NCBI GenBank assembly: GCA_050011565.1
Contig: JBEKIW010000003.1
Location: 160,001-224,000 of the forward strand
Source: Dehalococcoidia bacterium
Lineage (GTDB): Bacteria; Chloroflexota; Dehalococcoidia; GIF9; UBA5629
DNA length: 64,000 nt
Reading direction: 5' to 3'
The position numbers were made by a program, and so were the translations under genes. The notes under the pieces were generated by a model. That model was given only the letters and a program-made list of their open reading frames with translations, made no database searches and was not told the origin of the DNA. Below, piece by piece: positions 20,833-30,660 of this stretch (its first letter is position 1; the number at the start of each line of letters is the position of its first letter).

Positions 20833-21840
20833 ATGATTTCTGCTGCCGGCGCCGATACCGAAAAAAAGGTCATGATGATTCTCAAGGTCTTGAAAGAATC
20901 TTATGAACCATTGGGGTCAATCGCCATAGCCCGGAAACTTGAAGAACGTGGACTGTCCATGAATGAGCGGACAGTTAGATACCACCTGAAAATCACAGAT
21001 GAGAGGGGCTACACCCAGCCGCTGGGTCGAGACGGCCGAATGATTACTCCGCGTGGACTAGAAGAGCTGCGGGCCGCTCTGGCGCCCGACCAACTCGGCT
21101 TCATCCTGGAAAAACTCGAGCTCTTAGCCTTCAATACTACCTTTGACCCGAAAACACGAACCGGTCTATTTCCCATCAACACCTCTCTCTTTGACAAAAA
21201 GGTTTTCCCCAAGGCCGTCGAAGCTATGAAAGGTGCCTTCAAAACCGGCCTGTGTGTCAGTCAATTAGTTGCCATTGCCACTGAAGGTCAGAAGCTTGGT
21301 GATGTGGTTATCCCGGATGGCAAAGTAGGTCTGGCCACTGTCTGCAGCGTCATCGTAAACGGTGTATTACTGAAACACGGCGTTCCCGTGGATTCCAGAT
21401 TTGGTGGAGTGCTCGAAATCAAAGACTTCAAACCAAAACGCTTTGTGGCTATTATCAACTACGGCGGCACATCGCTGGACCCGTCCGAGCAGTATATTCG
21501 TGCCAAGATGACGAGTGTGAGCGAGGTGGCTAAAACCGGTAACGGCAAGATACTGGCTAATTTCCGCGAGTTGCCGGCACCGGCAAGGCCGATTGTGGAA
21601 CAGGTTATCGCGGAACTGAAGGAAGTCGGTATGAATGGCGTTTATGCTCTAGGCAACACCAGCGAGCCCGTTTGCCAGATTTCAGTCGGCACTAACCGCA
21701 TGGGAATGGCACTATTGGGTGGGCTGAATCCCGTAGCCGCCGCAGTGGAAGCGGGTATCGAAGTTGATAATGTGGCCGAAAGCGGCATGATTGATTATCA
21801 ACAGCTAGTCAGCTTCTTGGAACTACCTCACAAATCTTAA
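20833..21840 (+). CDS. nrpR: NrpR-family nitrogen regulator, copy 2
   Basis: ERTVRYHL, GLATVCSV, SRFGGVL, GTSLDP, GGLNPVAA. Confidence 0.88.
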   Translation: MISAAGADTEKKVMMILKVLKESYEPLGSIAIARKLEERGLSMNERTVRYHLKITDERGYTQPLGRDGRMITPRGLEELRAALAPDQLGFILEKLELLAFNTTFDPKTRTGLFPINTSLFDKKVFPKAVEAMKGAFKTGLCVSQLVAIATEGQKLGDVVIPDGKVGLATVCSVIVNGVLLKHGVPVDSRFGGVLEIKDFKPKRFVAIINYGGTSLDPSEQYIRAKMTSVSEVAKTGNGKILANFRELPAPARPIVEQVIAELKEVGMNGVYALGNTSEPVCQISVGTNRMGMALLGGLNPVAAAVEAGIEVDNVAESGMIDYQQLVSFLELPHKS

Positions 21841-21921
21841 GCCCGATTTTTGCTCAAATAATTATATATCCCTGGCACTTCCGACAATCTCTTTGACTTC
21901 CCGGTAATTGATTGTCTTTGA

Positions 21922-22122
21922 CTAAAGAGTCCCGGTAAATAAGCCAACGACTCCACCGATAGCTGCGGCCAGTCCCAGTACCATCCAGGCTGCGCCGAAC
22001 CACCAGAACTGCCGGGCAAAAGTTTTCTGCCTTTTAGGTTTGAGAGTAATCTGGGCCTGAAAATAAAGTGTCATCCCTATGCCAAAAATGGCCACCCCAA
22101 AGGCAATGATTGCATAAGCCAT
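21922..22122 (-). CDS. Small two-TM membrane protein
   Basis: GGAGGTG RBS before MAYAIIAF; two hydrophobic helices. Confidence 0.6.
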   Translation of the reverse strand: MAYAIIAFGVAIFGIGMTLYFQAQITLKPKRQKTFARQFWWFGAAWMVLGLAAAIGGVVGLFTGTL

Positions 22123-22254
22123 GTTCACCTCCTGCAGCTCAAGTACGCCGCAGACCTTCCCCGTCAACATCAATCACAGCCAGTTGATGAAAACCTGGCT
22201 ATTAAAGGAGCTTATTAAATGCAATCACCCTGTTACTAATAACGGCAGCCCAGG

Positions 22255-22710
22255 CTAAAACCAACCGAAATAGTGGCCGATAGCGATAACCCCCTGGATA
22301 ATGAAGGCGATAGCTATCACTATGTTAATTATGGCCGGGAAAATAAATATGATGATGCCCAGGACCACGAGGATAATACCGGTGATAAGCCCTGCTGTTA
22401 CTACGGCGAAACCGGCCGAGAAGATAGTTATCAGGCCGATTATGATCAGGTAAGCGGCCACAAGGTAGTTGAGAATCCTGGGGAAAATCATTACCACGAT
22501 GCCGAAGAGAAGAGACAGGATGCCAATCAAAAGGCTACCACCCAAAATGCTGAATATTCCGAATAGGATGAGGGCGATGCCCACCAGATAGTTGAGAATG
22601 CGGGGGAAAATCAAAATGAGGATACCAAACAGGATTGCTATAATCCCCCCAATTAGGCCAACAATTGGGAATCCCAGGTTGAAGCTGAACGGTAGACTGA
22701 TTGCGAACAT
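22255..22710 (-). CDS. Hydrophobic repeat membrane protein (DUF3096-like repeats)
   Basis: Three GIxxxIFPxIxN repeats; AAGGAGG RBS. Confidence 0.75.
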   Translation of the reverse strand: MFAISLPFSFNLGFPIVGLIGGIIAILFGILILIFPRILNYLVGIALILFGIFSILGGSLLIGILSLLFGIVVMIFPRILNYLVAAYLIIIGLITIFSAGFAVVTAGLITGIILVVLGIIIFIFPAIINIVIAIAFIIQGVIAIGHYFGWF

Positions 22711-23013
22711 GTGATTACACCTCCTTTATTTTTTATGCCAAATGTTCACCAATGAGCCAAAAATAATCATAGACCTAACAATATCAAAAACTCATAAAAT
22801 TGTAAACCGAAAGAATTAAATAGTCGTAGCATTTAAAAATTAGAGCCCCATATTATATTAAAGGACGGCGCTCGGTCTTACGAGTGGAGTTCAACACCGA
22901 TATACCACTAAATACAATTACCGTTACGCCCCCACCCAACAATTATAACATGCAATTATGCTTTGGGGAATAGGATTGGTGAATAAATTTTAGAAGCTAC
23001 TGAAGCAAATGGC

Positions 23014-23088
23014 TGGAGCCAGCGGTCAGAGTCGAACTGACGACCGGCGGTTTACGAAACCGCTGCTCTACCACTGAGCTACGCTGGC
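23014..23088 (-). tRNA. tRNA-Thr(CGT)
   Basis: GCCAGCG acceptor, TAGCTCAGTGGTAGAGC D arm, anticodon CGT, GTTCGAC T loop, encoded CCA. Confidence 0.96.
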
Positions 23089-23134
23089 CCGCAAAGCTAA
23101 CTTTCAAAAAGTTGGTGTTAAATTGACGTTATTT

Positions 23135-23278
23135 TTAAGACACCCCCGGTGGTAACAGTTCGTCCAGTAACGCCATAGCATCGCTCTGCATTCCCTCAAT
23201 TATATGGAAGTAAGTGTCCATTGTAAACGCCATGATGGAGTGTCCTGGAGCCTCACTGATAATTTTTGGCTTTGCTCC
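23135..23278 (-). pseudogene. C-terminal fragment of a tyrosine recombinase/integrase
   Basis: Translates GAKPKIISEAPGHSIMAFTMDTYFHIIEGMQSDAMALLDELLPPGVS*, matching the (L)GH...T..Y box; no upstream body. Confidence 0.7.
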
Positions 23279-23383
23279 TCCATAAATGTCATAACTATGT
23301 AACAAATGCACGCCAAATTATACTACTATTCCATTCTGAGCTTGCTATTATTACTTATATAACAAGCGAAGGAGGTAAATGTC

Positions 23384-23569
23384 ATGTCAGCAAAATTTGA
23401 GGTGTATAAGGATAAAAAGGGCGAATTCCGCTGGAAGCTCCGTGCTGCGAACGGGCAAGAATTCGCTTGCTCGGGTGAGGGTTATACGTCCAAAGAGAAC
23501 GCGAAAGCTGGAATCGAGGCTGTTAAGAAGAATGCTCCGACAGCCATAATTGAAGACCGGACCGTCTAA
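23384..23569 (+). CDS. YegP/DUF1508 family protein
   Basis: FEVYKDKKGEFRWKLRAANG...SGEGY..KENAKAGIEAVKKNA. Confidence 0.88.
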   Translation: MSAKFEVYKDKKGEFRWKLRAANGQEFACSGEGYTSKENAKAGIEAVKKNAPTAIIEDRTV

Positions 23570-23720
23570 TAAGAGTTTCAACTTAAACCATTCTTTATAT
23601 ACATATTTTAATTAGAGTAGGAGAAATAGATGATACATGTATTGCTTTAAATGCCGCAGCTTCCTACCACTGTTAAAATAGCCGTGATTTAAAACGTAAT
23701 TGATAAAAAAGGAGGTAGTT

Positions 23721-23870
23721 ATGAATATCTTATTAATCATTGGTATTATTCTCTTAGTTTTGTGGTTGCTAGGTTTATTTGCTCTCCCCTCTTTGGGCGG
23801 ACTGGTCTATATCGCACTTGTTATTGGGATTATTCTAATAATTATCTGGCTGGTACGAAGAGTAAGATAG
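23721..23870 (+). CDS. Small two-TM protein (lmo0937/DUF5670-like), 49 aa; below the ORF-track cut-off
   Basis: AAGGAGG RBS; MNILLIIGIILLVLWLLG...GGLVYIALVIGII. Confidence 0.75.
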   Translation: MNILLIIGIILLVLWLLGLFALPSLGGLVYIALVIGIILIIIWLVRRVR

Positions 23871-23978
23871 GCCACACTGGTGGCAGCGGTAGCGGGCGCC
23901 ACGCTGGACGGCAGGGCGTTGGCATGTATTGCCGCGGTTACCTTAGACTCCAATGCCGTTACCAAGCCTGCCCCGTAA
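23871..23978 (+). pseudogene. C-terminal relic of a DUF3494 (ice-binding-like) protein
   Basis: GATLDGRALACIAAVTLDSNAVTKPAP* resembles the GATLxGRALA..AVTLDSNxI terminus. Confidence 0.55.
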
Positions 23979-24176
23979 GGTAAAAGGTATTCGGTGTGAA
24001 AGCAGGACAAGTTAGAAATATGAGAAGCTCTTCATTATCTGGCTGGTGCAGCGAGTGAGAATTAGAAAGTAAAAGCGTTTGAGCACCGTCGATTCTTAAT
24101 TTGGCTTAGCGATTTACTTAACTTTACTCCTTTGATTCTCTTTGGTTTTGAGGTAGGCCTGTCTACTGATTAGCCT

Positions 24177-24698
24177 CTATTTTGTTTTATCCTTTTCTAA
24201 ATGAGCCAATATTTTTAAGATGAGTTTATTTTGGTTTTCTAGATGCATAAGAATAGCTTCAACTTCCCTCTCTGCCTTGGTGTTTACATCGAAGTCAGCT
24301 TCGGCTCTTTTTTCAGCATGGCGGCCCTGAAGATTTTGTCCCACCATGATTAAAGGCATCAAAAAGATCTGAATCATGTTTGAAATAAAGAGCCAGAGGG
24401 CAAAAGCTGGAAGTGGGTCGAATCTTAAGCTATGTGGCGCGATAAGATTCCAACTCAGCCAGAACACCGTCCAGAAAAAAATAATAAGAAAGAATCCCAT
24501 CGTCCCAACGCGGTCGGTAATCCAAATAGCGAGTCTATCAAGAGTTGTTAAACTTCTCTTATGCTCGATATTAATATTTCGTAGCGGCTTCCTTAACTTT
24601 TTCAACTCTTGCACAGTTAATAAATGCGATTTATGAGATACCTTTGGATCGCTGGATGCCAAATCAGAATTTTCGATTTTTTTATTTCTGTTCACCAT
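24177..24698 (-). CDS. DUF1003 family membrane protein
   Basis: DRLAIWITDRVGT, FDPLP, PLIMVGQN, AEADFDVNTKAE. Confidence 0.85.
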   Translation of the reverse strand: MVNRNKKIENSDLASSDPKVSHKSHLLTVQELKKLRKPLRNINIEHKRSLTTLDRLAIWITDRVGTMGFFLIIFFWTVFWLSWNLIAPHSLRFDPLPAFALWLFISNMIQIFLMPLIMVGQNLQGRHAEKRAEADFDVNTKAEREVEAILMHLENQNKLILKILAHLEKDKTK

Positions 24699-24804
24699 TC
24701 TTAAATCCCCCTTCTGTATTTTCCTTTTGTAGTTTAAATTCAGAACTACCTTCTTGCCTCTTCTAGCCCTGCTCTGCTAATCTGCGACAATGGCTGTCTT
24801 CATC

Positions 24805-25554
24805 TTAACCTGTAGATTTGGGTGGCCTGGCAGCCAAGAGCGTGCGGACTTCTTCAGGGGTTAGCTCACGCGCGGCGCTTTCCTTGAGGTTTCCCAGATT
24901 CAGGTTTCCCATCCTTATGCGCTTGATGGCCAGGACCTGATAACCGAGATTTGCCAGCATGCGGCGCACCTGCCGCTTCCTGCCCTCGTGCGTGATTATG
25001 CTGTAATTAAACGGCGGCGGCGATTTTATCTCTTTGAGAACGACGGGATAGGTCATGCCATCCTCGAGCTCAAAACCCTTTTCCAGCTTTCTTTTCTCGT
25101 CGTGCTTGAGCACGCCGCCAATATGAATCAGGTACTCTTTCTCATGCTCGAACCTGGGGTGCGTAAGACGGTAGGTAAGCTCGCCGTCGTTACTCAACAG
25201 CAAAAGCCCGGTGCTGTCTTTATCCAGTCGCCCCACGGGATATAACCTCAGGTGTCGATATTTTCCAGGCAGGATATCCAGCACCGTCCTGCGACCTCTC
25301 TCATCGCTGGTGGTAGTTATAATGCCCGCCGGCTTGTTGACCATAAGATAAACTGTACGCCTGGGCTTGAGATCAACCGGTTTGCCATTTATCGAGACGC
25401 GGTCGGTCTCCAGATTCACCGGATGACGGAAGTTCTCAACCGGCTCGCCGTTCACTTGTACCCGGCCATTTTTTATGGCATCGGCTATCCGCCTCCTGGA
25501 GCCAACCCCAGCCTCAGTCAGAGCTTTCAACAGCGGGATTGATGGTGCATTCAT
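24805..25554 (-). CDS. rRNA pseudouridine synthase, RsuA/RluB family
   Basis: S4 domain, NKPAG, VGRLDKDSTGLLLL, EGRKRQVRRM. Confidence 0.93.
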   Translation of the reverse strand: MNAPSIPLLKALTEAGVGSRRRIADAIKNGRVQVNGEPVENFRHPVNLETDRVSINGKPVDLKPRRTVYLMVNKPAGIITTTSDERGRRTVLDILPGKYRHLRLYPVGRLDKDSTGLLLLSNDGELTYRLTHPRFEHEKEYLIHIGGVLKHDEKRKLEKGFELEDGMTYPVVLKEIKSPPPFNYSIITHEGRKRQVRRMLANLGYQVLAIKRIRMGNLNLGNLKESAARELTPEEVRTLLAARPPKSTG

Positions 25555-25612
25555 TACTTACACGGCTAGGTTAACCCAATAAACTGATATACGTCAACTT
25601 GGATATTTTAGA

Positions 25613-25641
25613 TGAGATTCTTCACTGCGCTCAGAATGACA
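25613..25641. repeat. REP-like palindrome (GAGATTCTTC...CTCAGAATGACA family)
   Basis: Related copies near 28468-28557 and 46132-46166. Confidence 0.6.
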
Positions 25642-25738
25642 TAAATGAAATACTGGACATTCTCAGGCTCTTGTGGTAAATAGTATTAGGAACTGGGACA
25701 ACAACCACATCCGAAATAATTGAACAAGGAGGTAACAA

Positions 25739-26068
25739 ATGCAAAAAACATGGATGCCAATGGTGGCCGGAATACTGGACATAGTCGCTGGCAGCTTGGG
25801 CATAATACTGGCTATTGCACTTATTTTTGTGGGTGTCCTCATGCGATTTGTACCGGACGTCCCCCCATATTTATTTCCGATTTTCACCGCGCTGTCTTTA
25901 CCATTTGCTATTGTCGGGATACTGGCTATTGTAGGCGGCATCTACGCTCTAAGAAAGAAAATATGGGGATTGGCACTGGCCGGCTCCATCGCTGCCTTCT
26001 TTCCTTGCTGGATTCTGGGGCTAACAGCTATCGTATTAACAGTACTATCGAAGAAAGAGTTCGACTAG
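25739..26068 (+). CDS. Small multi-TM membrane protein
   Basis: AAGGAGG RBS; hydrophobic; WGLALAGSI motif. Confidence 0.75.
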   Translation: MQKTWMPMVAGILDIVAGSLGIILAIALIFVGVLMRFVPDVPPYLFPIFTALSLPFAIVGILAIVGGIYALRKKIWGLALAGSIAAFFPCWILGLTAIVLTVLSKKEFD

Positions 26069-26084
26069 CTGTTTAGGCAACTGA

Positions 26085-27347
26085 CTATTTATGCCAGAGC
26101 TGCATGTGCTGTCTCTGCGCTTTGGTCACTATTCCTTTAGAAAAGTTTTTATCGTAGAAATCCAGGTCTAAATGATGGACCTGCAGCCAGACCGGCAGCG
26201 ACTTGGTATCGGTGGTGGCTGGAAATCTGCCGTAGGTCTCATAGACATAAGTGCAGATTGCCTTGACTTGGTCTATAGACGTCTTTGATGGAATATTGAA
26301 GTCCGACTGAATCGCCTTCCAGTCTTTGAATGAGGTGGTTCCTTTATATTCAGCAGTATGCGTACCACCGCCGCCGAACTTCTTCTCGACGAAGGCGTCC
26401 ACAGCCTCATTCATATCTTTGTAATAAGGCGGGCAGTAGGCTTCGAAAATTTTATCAAGACCGACTGGATTAGGCCTTCCATCTTTCCCTATCTGGGCTT
26501 GGAAACCGAGCCCTTTGCTCATCGGCGTGATGCCCAGCATTATCTGTCCGGTGTAGCCACCGAACATCACCGAGCCCAGCCCCATGGCTTCGGCAACAAG
26601 ATGTATATTCTCCAGTATAAGATACGCCGGAGCCAGGTCGCTCAGCATCAGGCTATTTTCAAATGACGCCAGAGGAACCTGCGGACCCTTCAACTTACCG
26701 GCATCAATCCACTCCTGCAGCCCCGCTGACTGCCCTTTCATATCATCGAAGACTTTGTATCCATAGCCTTCGACTTCGAAGATAGCCAGTAAAAAGTTAA
26801 TATACTCTTCCGACTGGTCGATAATGGGGATGAAAACGGTGGTACCCGGCTGGTTAGTATTCCAGTGCATTACGCCTAACAGGGCTCTGGGCACAAACTC
26901 CACCCTTTCATCCAGAACCTTAGTGCAATCCTCTTTATAGTAGGTCATTATCCTTTCGCGGTCGGCTTCGGTGTCTATTTCCACAGGCTTAGTCGCCTTT
27001 TTCGGGTCATAGACAAAGGTGCCGTTGTCGTTGGTAAAGAACAGCTTAGTATTATGGACATTACTGGGATAAGGAGTAGCTCTGCCTACCCAGGTGCCGA
27101 AGGCGCTGCCGCCGATTTTCGTGGAAAGGTCGCCGGTGATGCTGCCCGTTATGCCGGCTCCCGACCAGCAAAGTATGGCTGTTTCGATGTCATTCAGCGG
27201 TACAGGTGGTTTCTTGGAGGCGTACTGCATGGCGCCCTCGGGCAAGGTGCAACCCAGTGGAAATCTTCGTGACCTCCGGCGGGCTATGGCTTCCAGAATA
27301 GGGTATTTAAAAACCTGCTTTACTTCGTTTCTGTCAGCTAACCCCAT
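26085..27347 (-). CDS. Hypothetical protein, possibly nitroreductase-like fold
   Basis: N-terminal EAIARRRSRRF and LVAEAMGLG motifs; AAGGAG RBS. Confidence 0.6.
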   Translation of the reverse strand: MGLADRNEVKQVFKYPILEAIARRRSRRFPLGCTLPEGAMQYASKKPPVPLNDIETAILCWSGAGITGSITGDLSTKIGGSAFGTWVGRATPYPSNVHNTKLFFTNDNGTFVYDPKKATKPVEIDTEADRERIMTYYKEDCTKVLDERVEFVPRALLGVMHWNTNQPGTTVFIPIIDQSEEYINFLLAIFEVEGYGYKVFDDMKGQSAGLQEWIDAGKLKGPQVPLASFENSLMLSDLAPAYLILENIHLVAEAMGLGSVMFGGYTGQIMLGITPMSKGLGFQAQIGKDGRPNPVGLDKIFEAYCPPYYKDMNEAVDAFVEKKFGGGGTHTAEYKGTTSFKDWKAIQSDFNIPSKTSIDQVKAICTYVYETYGRFPATTDTKSLPVWLQVHHLDLDFYDKNFSKGIVTKAQRQHMQLWHK

Positions 27348-27515
27348 GTTTAATTTTCTCCTTTCAAATGTACTTTTCCAGGTTAAATTACATTAAATCG
27401 GTTTCTGCGTCAAGAAGACTAAAATTTAGTTTGTCTAAAAGCAGAGTGCCCTGTATAATACCTCGCATCGGATTATATAACCATAACACGACACAGGAAA
27501 CAACGAGGAGAAGAC

Positions 27516-28448
27516 ATGTGGATTAAAGAGCCGGGCAAAATCAGCGACAGGTTAGATTTTTTAGGCGCCAGGGAAAATTGCCTGTATTTGCTCAGAGGCA
27601 ATGACATGATGATTATCGGCGGTGGAATGAGCTGGATAGCGCCATCGCTGGAAGTCCAATTCTCAACAGTGGATTTCGAGCCCAAAAAGCTTAAGTACCT
27701 GGTGGTTTCCCACTCCCACTTCGACCACTGCGGGGCTGTGCCTTATTTGAAAAAGAAATTCCCGCATATCCAGATACTTGCCTCGGCGTACGCTGAAAAG
27801 ATTTTTGCCAAGGAGAAAACGGTGAATTTCATCGCTGTTACCAATAAGTACGCGATTGACAGGCTGGGACTCCAAAGTGAATATGAGAAGTTGGATTTGA
27901 AATTCGACGGAATCCATGTTGACCGCATTATCACTGAAAAAGATATTGTTGACCTTGGCGACGGCATAGAAGTGCACTTCCTGGAAGTGCCAGGGCACAC
28001 CCAGTGTTCCATTGCCGCTTATGTCCCAAAGTTGAAAGCTCTGTTTCCAGCGGATGCGGCACCGCCACCAACGGACGATAGAGACACAATATTCTTCCCC
28101 GGACCGCAGTATAACTTTGGCATGTATAAACAATCAATGGAAAGACTGGCCAGCCTCGAAGTCGAAATATTTGCCTCCGAGCATTATGGCGTTGTCACCG
28201 GCGCCCAGGCAAGGCAATTATTACAGGAAGGGCTTAGACAAACGGAAAGGTTCAAGAACCGCATCGTCGAGATGTACCGACAGACAGGAGACTTTGACGA
28301 GACAGTTCAAAAAGCTGCTGCCGAAATCCTGCCGAGGAACGAATTCGACTTTATGGGTATGGGCAGGGAAATGCAACTAATGGTTTTAAACACGGCAACA
28401 CGCAGGATACTGGAATACGCCGGACTCATCGACAAGCCGGCGACGTAA
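27516..28448 (+). CDS. Metallo-beta-lactamase fold hydrolase
   Basis: SHSHFDHCG, VPGHT, SEHYG. Confidence 0.9.
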   Translation: MWIKEPGKISDRLDFLGARENCLYLLRGNDMMIIGGGMSWIAPSLEVQFSTVDFEPKKLKYLVVSHSHFDHCGAVPYLKKKFPHIQILASAYAEKIFAKEKTVNFIAVTNKYAIDRLGLQSEYEKLDLKFDGIHVDRIITEKDIVDLGDGIEVHFLEVPGHTQCSIAAYVPKLKALFPADAAPPPTDDRDTIFFPGPQYNFGMYKQSMERLASLEVEIFASEHYGVVTGAQARQLLQEGLRQTERFKNRIVEMYRQTGDFDETVQKAAAEILPRNEFDFMGMGREMQLMVLNTATRRILEYAGLIDKPAT

Positions 28449-28467
28449 TCAGCTTTCTGGCATTTAT

Positions 28468-28557
28468 GAGATTCTTCGGTCGCAGTCCAAACGGACGGAC
28501 CTGAACGTCCGCCCCTACAACAACTAGTGTAGATTCTTCACTTCGCTCAGAATGACA
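28468..28557. repeat. Nested REP-like palindromes between convergent genes
   Basis: CGGACGGACCTGAACGTCCGCCCCTACA (GTAG-type, - strand) between two AGATTCTTC units. Confidence 0.6.
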
Positions 28558-28578
28558 CTTAAGGCTGCGGTTTTCGGT

Positions 28579-29367
28579 CTACGATTTGGATTTTTCCAGG
28601 AGAGAAGCGGCACCCTGTTGTATATTCTGGCGGGTGCTAACTGCGGTGATTGTCTCATAACTTAAGCCCACATCCAGAGGATGAGACACTGCCATATTGA
28701 TAGCTCGCTTGGCGCCCTGAATTAACGGTGGAGCAATGGCAGCTATTTCCTGGGCCAGCTTACCGGCCTCCTCCATGAGCTTATCCAATGGGTAAACATG
28801 CTCGACCAGTCCTATCCTTAGAGCCTCGGCAGCATCTATTCGCCGGCCGGTAAATATCAGCTCCTTGGCTTTGCCGGAGCCGACAAGTTTAGTCAGGCGC
28901 TGCGTGCCGCCGAAGTCGGGAATGGTACCCAACTGGACTTCAGGTATGCTGAAAATAGCGGTCTCGGAGGCAAGCCGTATATCGCATACCAGCGCCAGCT
29001 CAAAGCCGATGCCCAAGCAGTAGCCGTTGATGGCTGCTATTACCGGGACCGGTAACGTCTCCAGCGCCATATAAATCTGTCCGCCCGCTTGAAGCGTCTC
29101 GAACTCTGAGCGGGCCGCACGCGTCAGCACGAGGCCCTCACCTGCTGTGGTTGCCGCCTTGAGGTCCAGGCCGGCACTGAAAGCACGGTCTCCGGCACCG
29201 GTAACTATGACGGCACGTATTTCAGTCTGAAAAAGAATACTCTGTGTAGCCGCTGCCAGCCCCTCAAGTACCTCCCCGTTAACCGCATTCCGGACTTCGG
29301 GTCGGTTAATGGTAACCATCGCTACTTTATCCCGTACTTCAAATAACACCACATTGCTCTTAGCCAT
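28579..29367 (-). CDS. Enoyl-CoA hydratase/isomerase (crotonase family)
   Basis: [41 protein letters not shown]. Confidence 0.92.
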   Translation of the reverse strand: MAKSNVVLFEVRDKVAMVTINRPEVRNAVNGEVLEGLAAATQSILFQTEIRAVIVTGAGDRAFSAGLDLKAATTAGEGLVLTRAARSEFETLQAGGQIYMALETLPVPVIAAINGYCLGIGFELALVCDIRLASETAIFSIPEVQLGTIPDFGGTQRLTKLVGSGKAKELIFTGRRIDAAEALRIGLVEHVYPLDKLMEEAGKLAQEIAAIAPPLIQGAKRAINMAVSHPLDVGLSYETITAVSTRQNIQQGAASLLEKSKS

Positions 29368-29475
29368 ATCGATGTCTCCTTTCAATATATTCGCCACAAA
29401 AATCAAATTCGAAAAAATACCCCGATAGAGCGTAACCGGACGACGAAAACCTGGATGGATGCAACCACTAAAATG

Positions 29476-29778
29476 TTATAACGGCTCTCGCTTATTTTTC
29501 AGAGTGGAGATTAAATTTTCCAGAGGTATGGCGGTCAAAGTCAGTGTCTGCAGGCCGCCTCTGGCGCTCAGATGTATCGCCACTTTAGCCGCAATCTCGT
29601 CGCTGGGAGCCTCGACTATGTTGACGAAATCGTACTGCCCCAGAAGCCCATACTGAGCCAGTATTTTAACCCCCATATACTCCACCTCTTTGTTAAGCTC
29701 TTTAAGCAATTCGGGATACTCTTCCATCCTTTTTCGGCCCTCGCCGGTGAGAGTCGTCAGCATAAGATAAAAGGCCAT
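29476..29778 (-). CDS. GYD-domain protein
   Basis: LGQYDFVNIVEAP motif. Confidence 0.85.
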   Translation of the reverse strand: MAFYLMLTTLTGEGRKRMEEYPELLKELNKEVEYMGVKILAQYGLLGQYDFVNIVEAPSDEIAAKVAIHLSARGGLQTLTLTAIPLENLISTLKNKREPL

Positions 29779-29951
29779 GGCTACCTCCTCCTGGTGGAAT
29801 TATTTTGTGCACTCATTATATTCTCAGTCATCATGAAATACTAGCCCAACCGCCGCCTTGACACTGCGAAGGAGAAAGTTTACAATTTGACTTTGCCGAT
29901 TACCTGTTTTCAGGCAGGTATTCAATTAGTCATAGGAAGGAGTGATGCCAT

Positions 29952-30137
29952 GTGTCCGAAGTAAGACTTTCACAAGGAGAAAGCTTTGAGAGTCTGCTAC
30001 GACGGTTCACCAAGAAGGTACAGCAACAGGGGATAATTAGCGAAACCCGCCGTCGTGGATTTTACGAGAAGCCCAGTATAAAACGTAAACGGAAGGAAGC
30101 GGCAAAAAGGAGAAAAAGCTCCAGGAGCAGCAGCTAG
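29952..30137 (+). CDS. rpsU: 30S ribosomal protein S21
   Basis: GESFESLLRRF, FYEKPS..RKRK. Confidence 0.93.
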   Translation: MSEVRLSQGESFESLLRRFTKKVQQQGIISETRRRGFYEKPSIKRKRKEAAKRRKSSRSSS

Positions 30138-30140
30138 AAG

Positions 30141-30590
30141 ATGTCTCTGGCTCAAAAAATTAGAACCGACCTCGAGCAATCGTTAAGGAAAAGCGATAAA
30201 TTACGGTGTTCAGTGTTGCGTCTGGCTCTATCCAGTATAAGAAATGCCGAAATCGCTCAACAAAAAACATTAGACGACGACGGTATTTTAATTGTCATAG
30301 ACAAAGAAGCCAAGATGCGACGTGAGAGCATTGAGGCTTTCGAGAAGGGCAACCGGCCGGACCTAGTGGCTAAAGAGACGGCAGAGCTGGCAATTCTTCT
30401 GGAGTATCTACCCGAGCAACTGACCCGGGAAGAGATTGTAGCTGCAGCACGCAAGGTAATCAGCGAATTGGGGGCAGCAAGCCCGAAGGACAAGGGTAAG
30501 GTTATGTCCCAGCTTATGCCCCAGCTCAGGGGGAAAGCTCAAGGGCAAGAAGTAAGCGAAGTTGTCACGGAACTCTTAAGCAGCACGTAG
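30141..30590 (+). CDS. GatB/YqeY domain protein
   Basis: RRESIEAF, YLPEQL, GKVM; follows rpsU. Confidence 0.92.
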   Translation: MSLAQKIRTDLEQSLRKSDKLRCSVLRLALSSIRNAEIAQQKTLDDDGILIVIDKEAKMRRESIEAFEKGNRPDLVAKETAELAILLEYLPEQLTREEIVAAARKVISELGAASPKDKGKVMSQLMPQLRGKAQGQEVSEVVTELLSST

Positions 30591-30660
30591 ATATCACATC
30601 TTGCCCTCTTTTTTAACAGGATAATACTCGGCGGCAGAGAATGCCGCCATCTTTGTTATT

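Noticed and set aside
23868-23978. TAG read-through (pyrrolysine) joining the 49-aa gene to the DUF3494 fragment
   Set aside because: The small protein looks complete, the downstream part is only a terminal fragment, and in-frame juxtaposition is a one-in-three chance.
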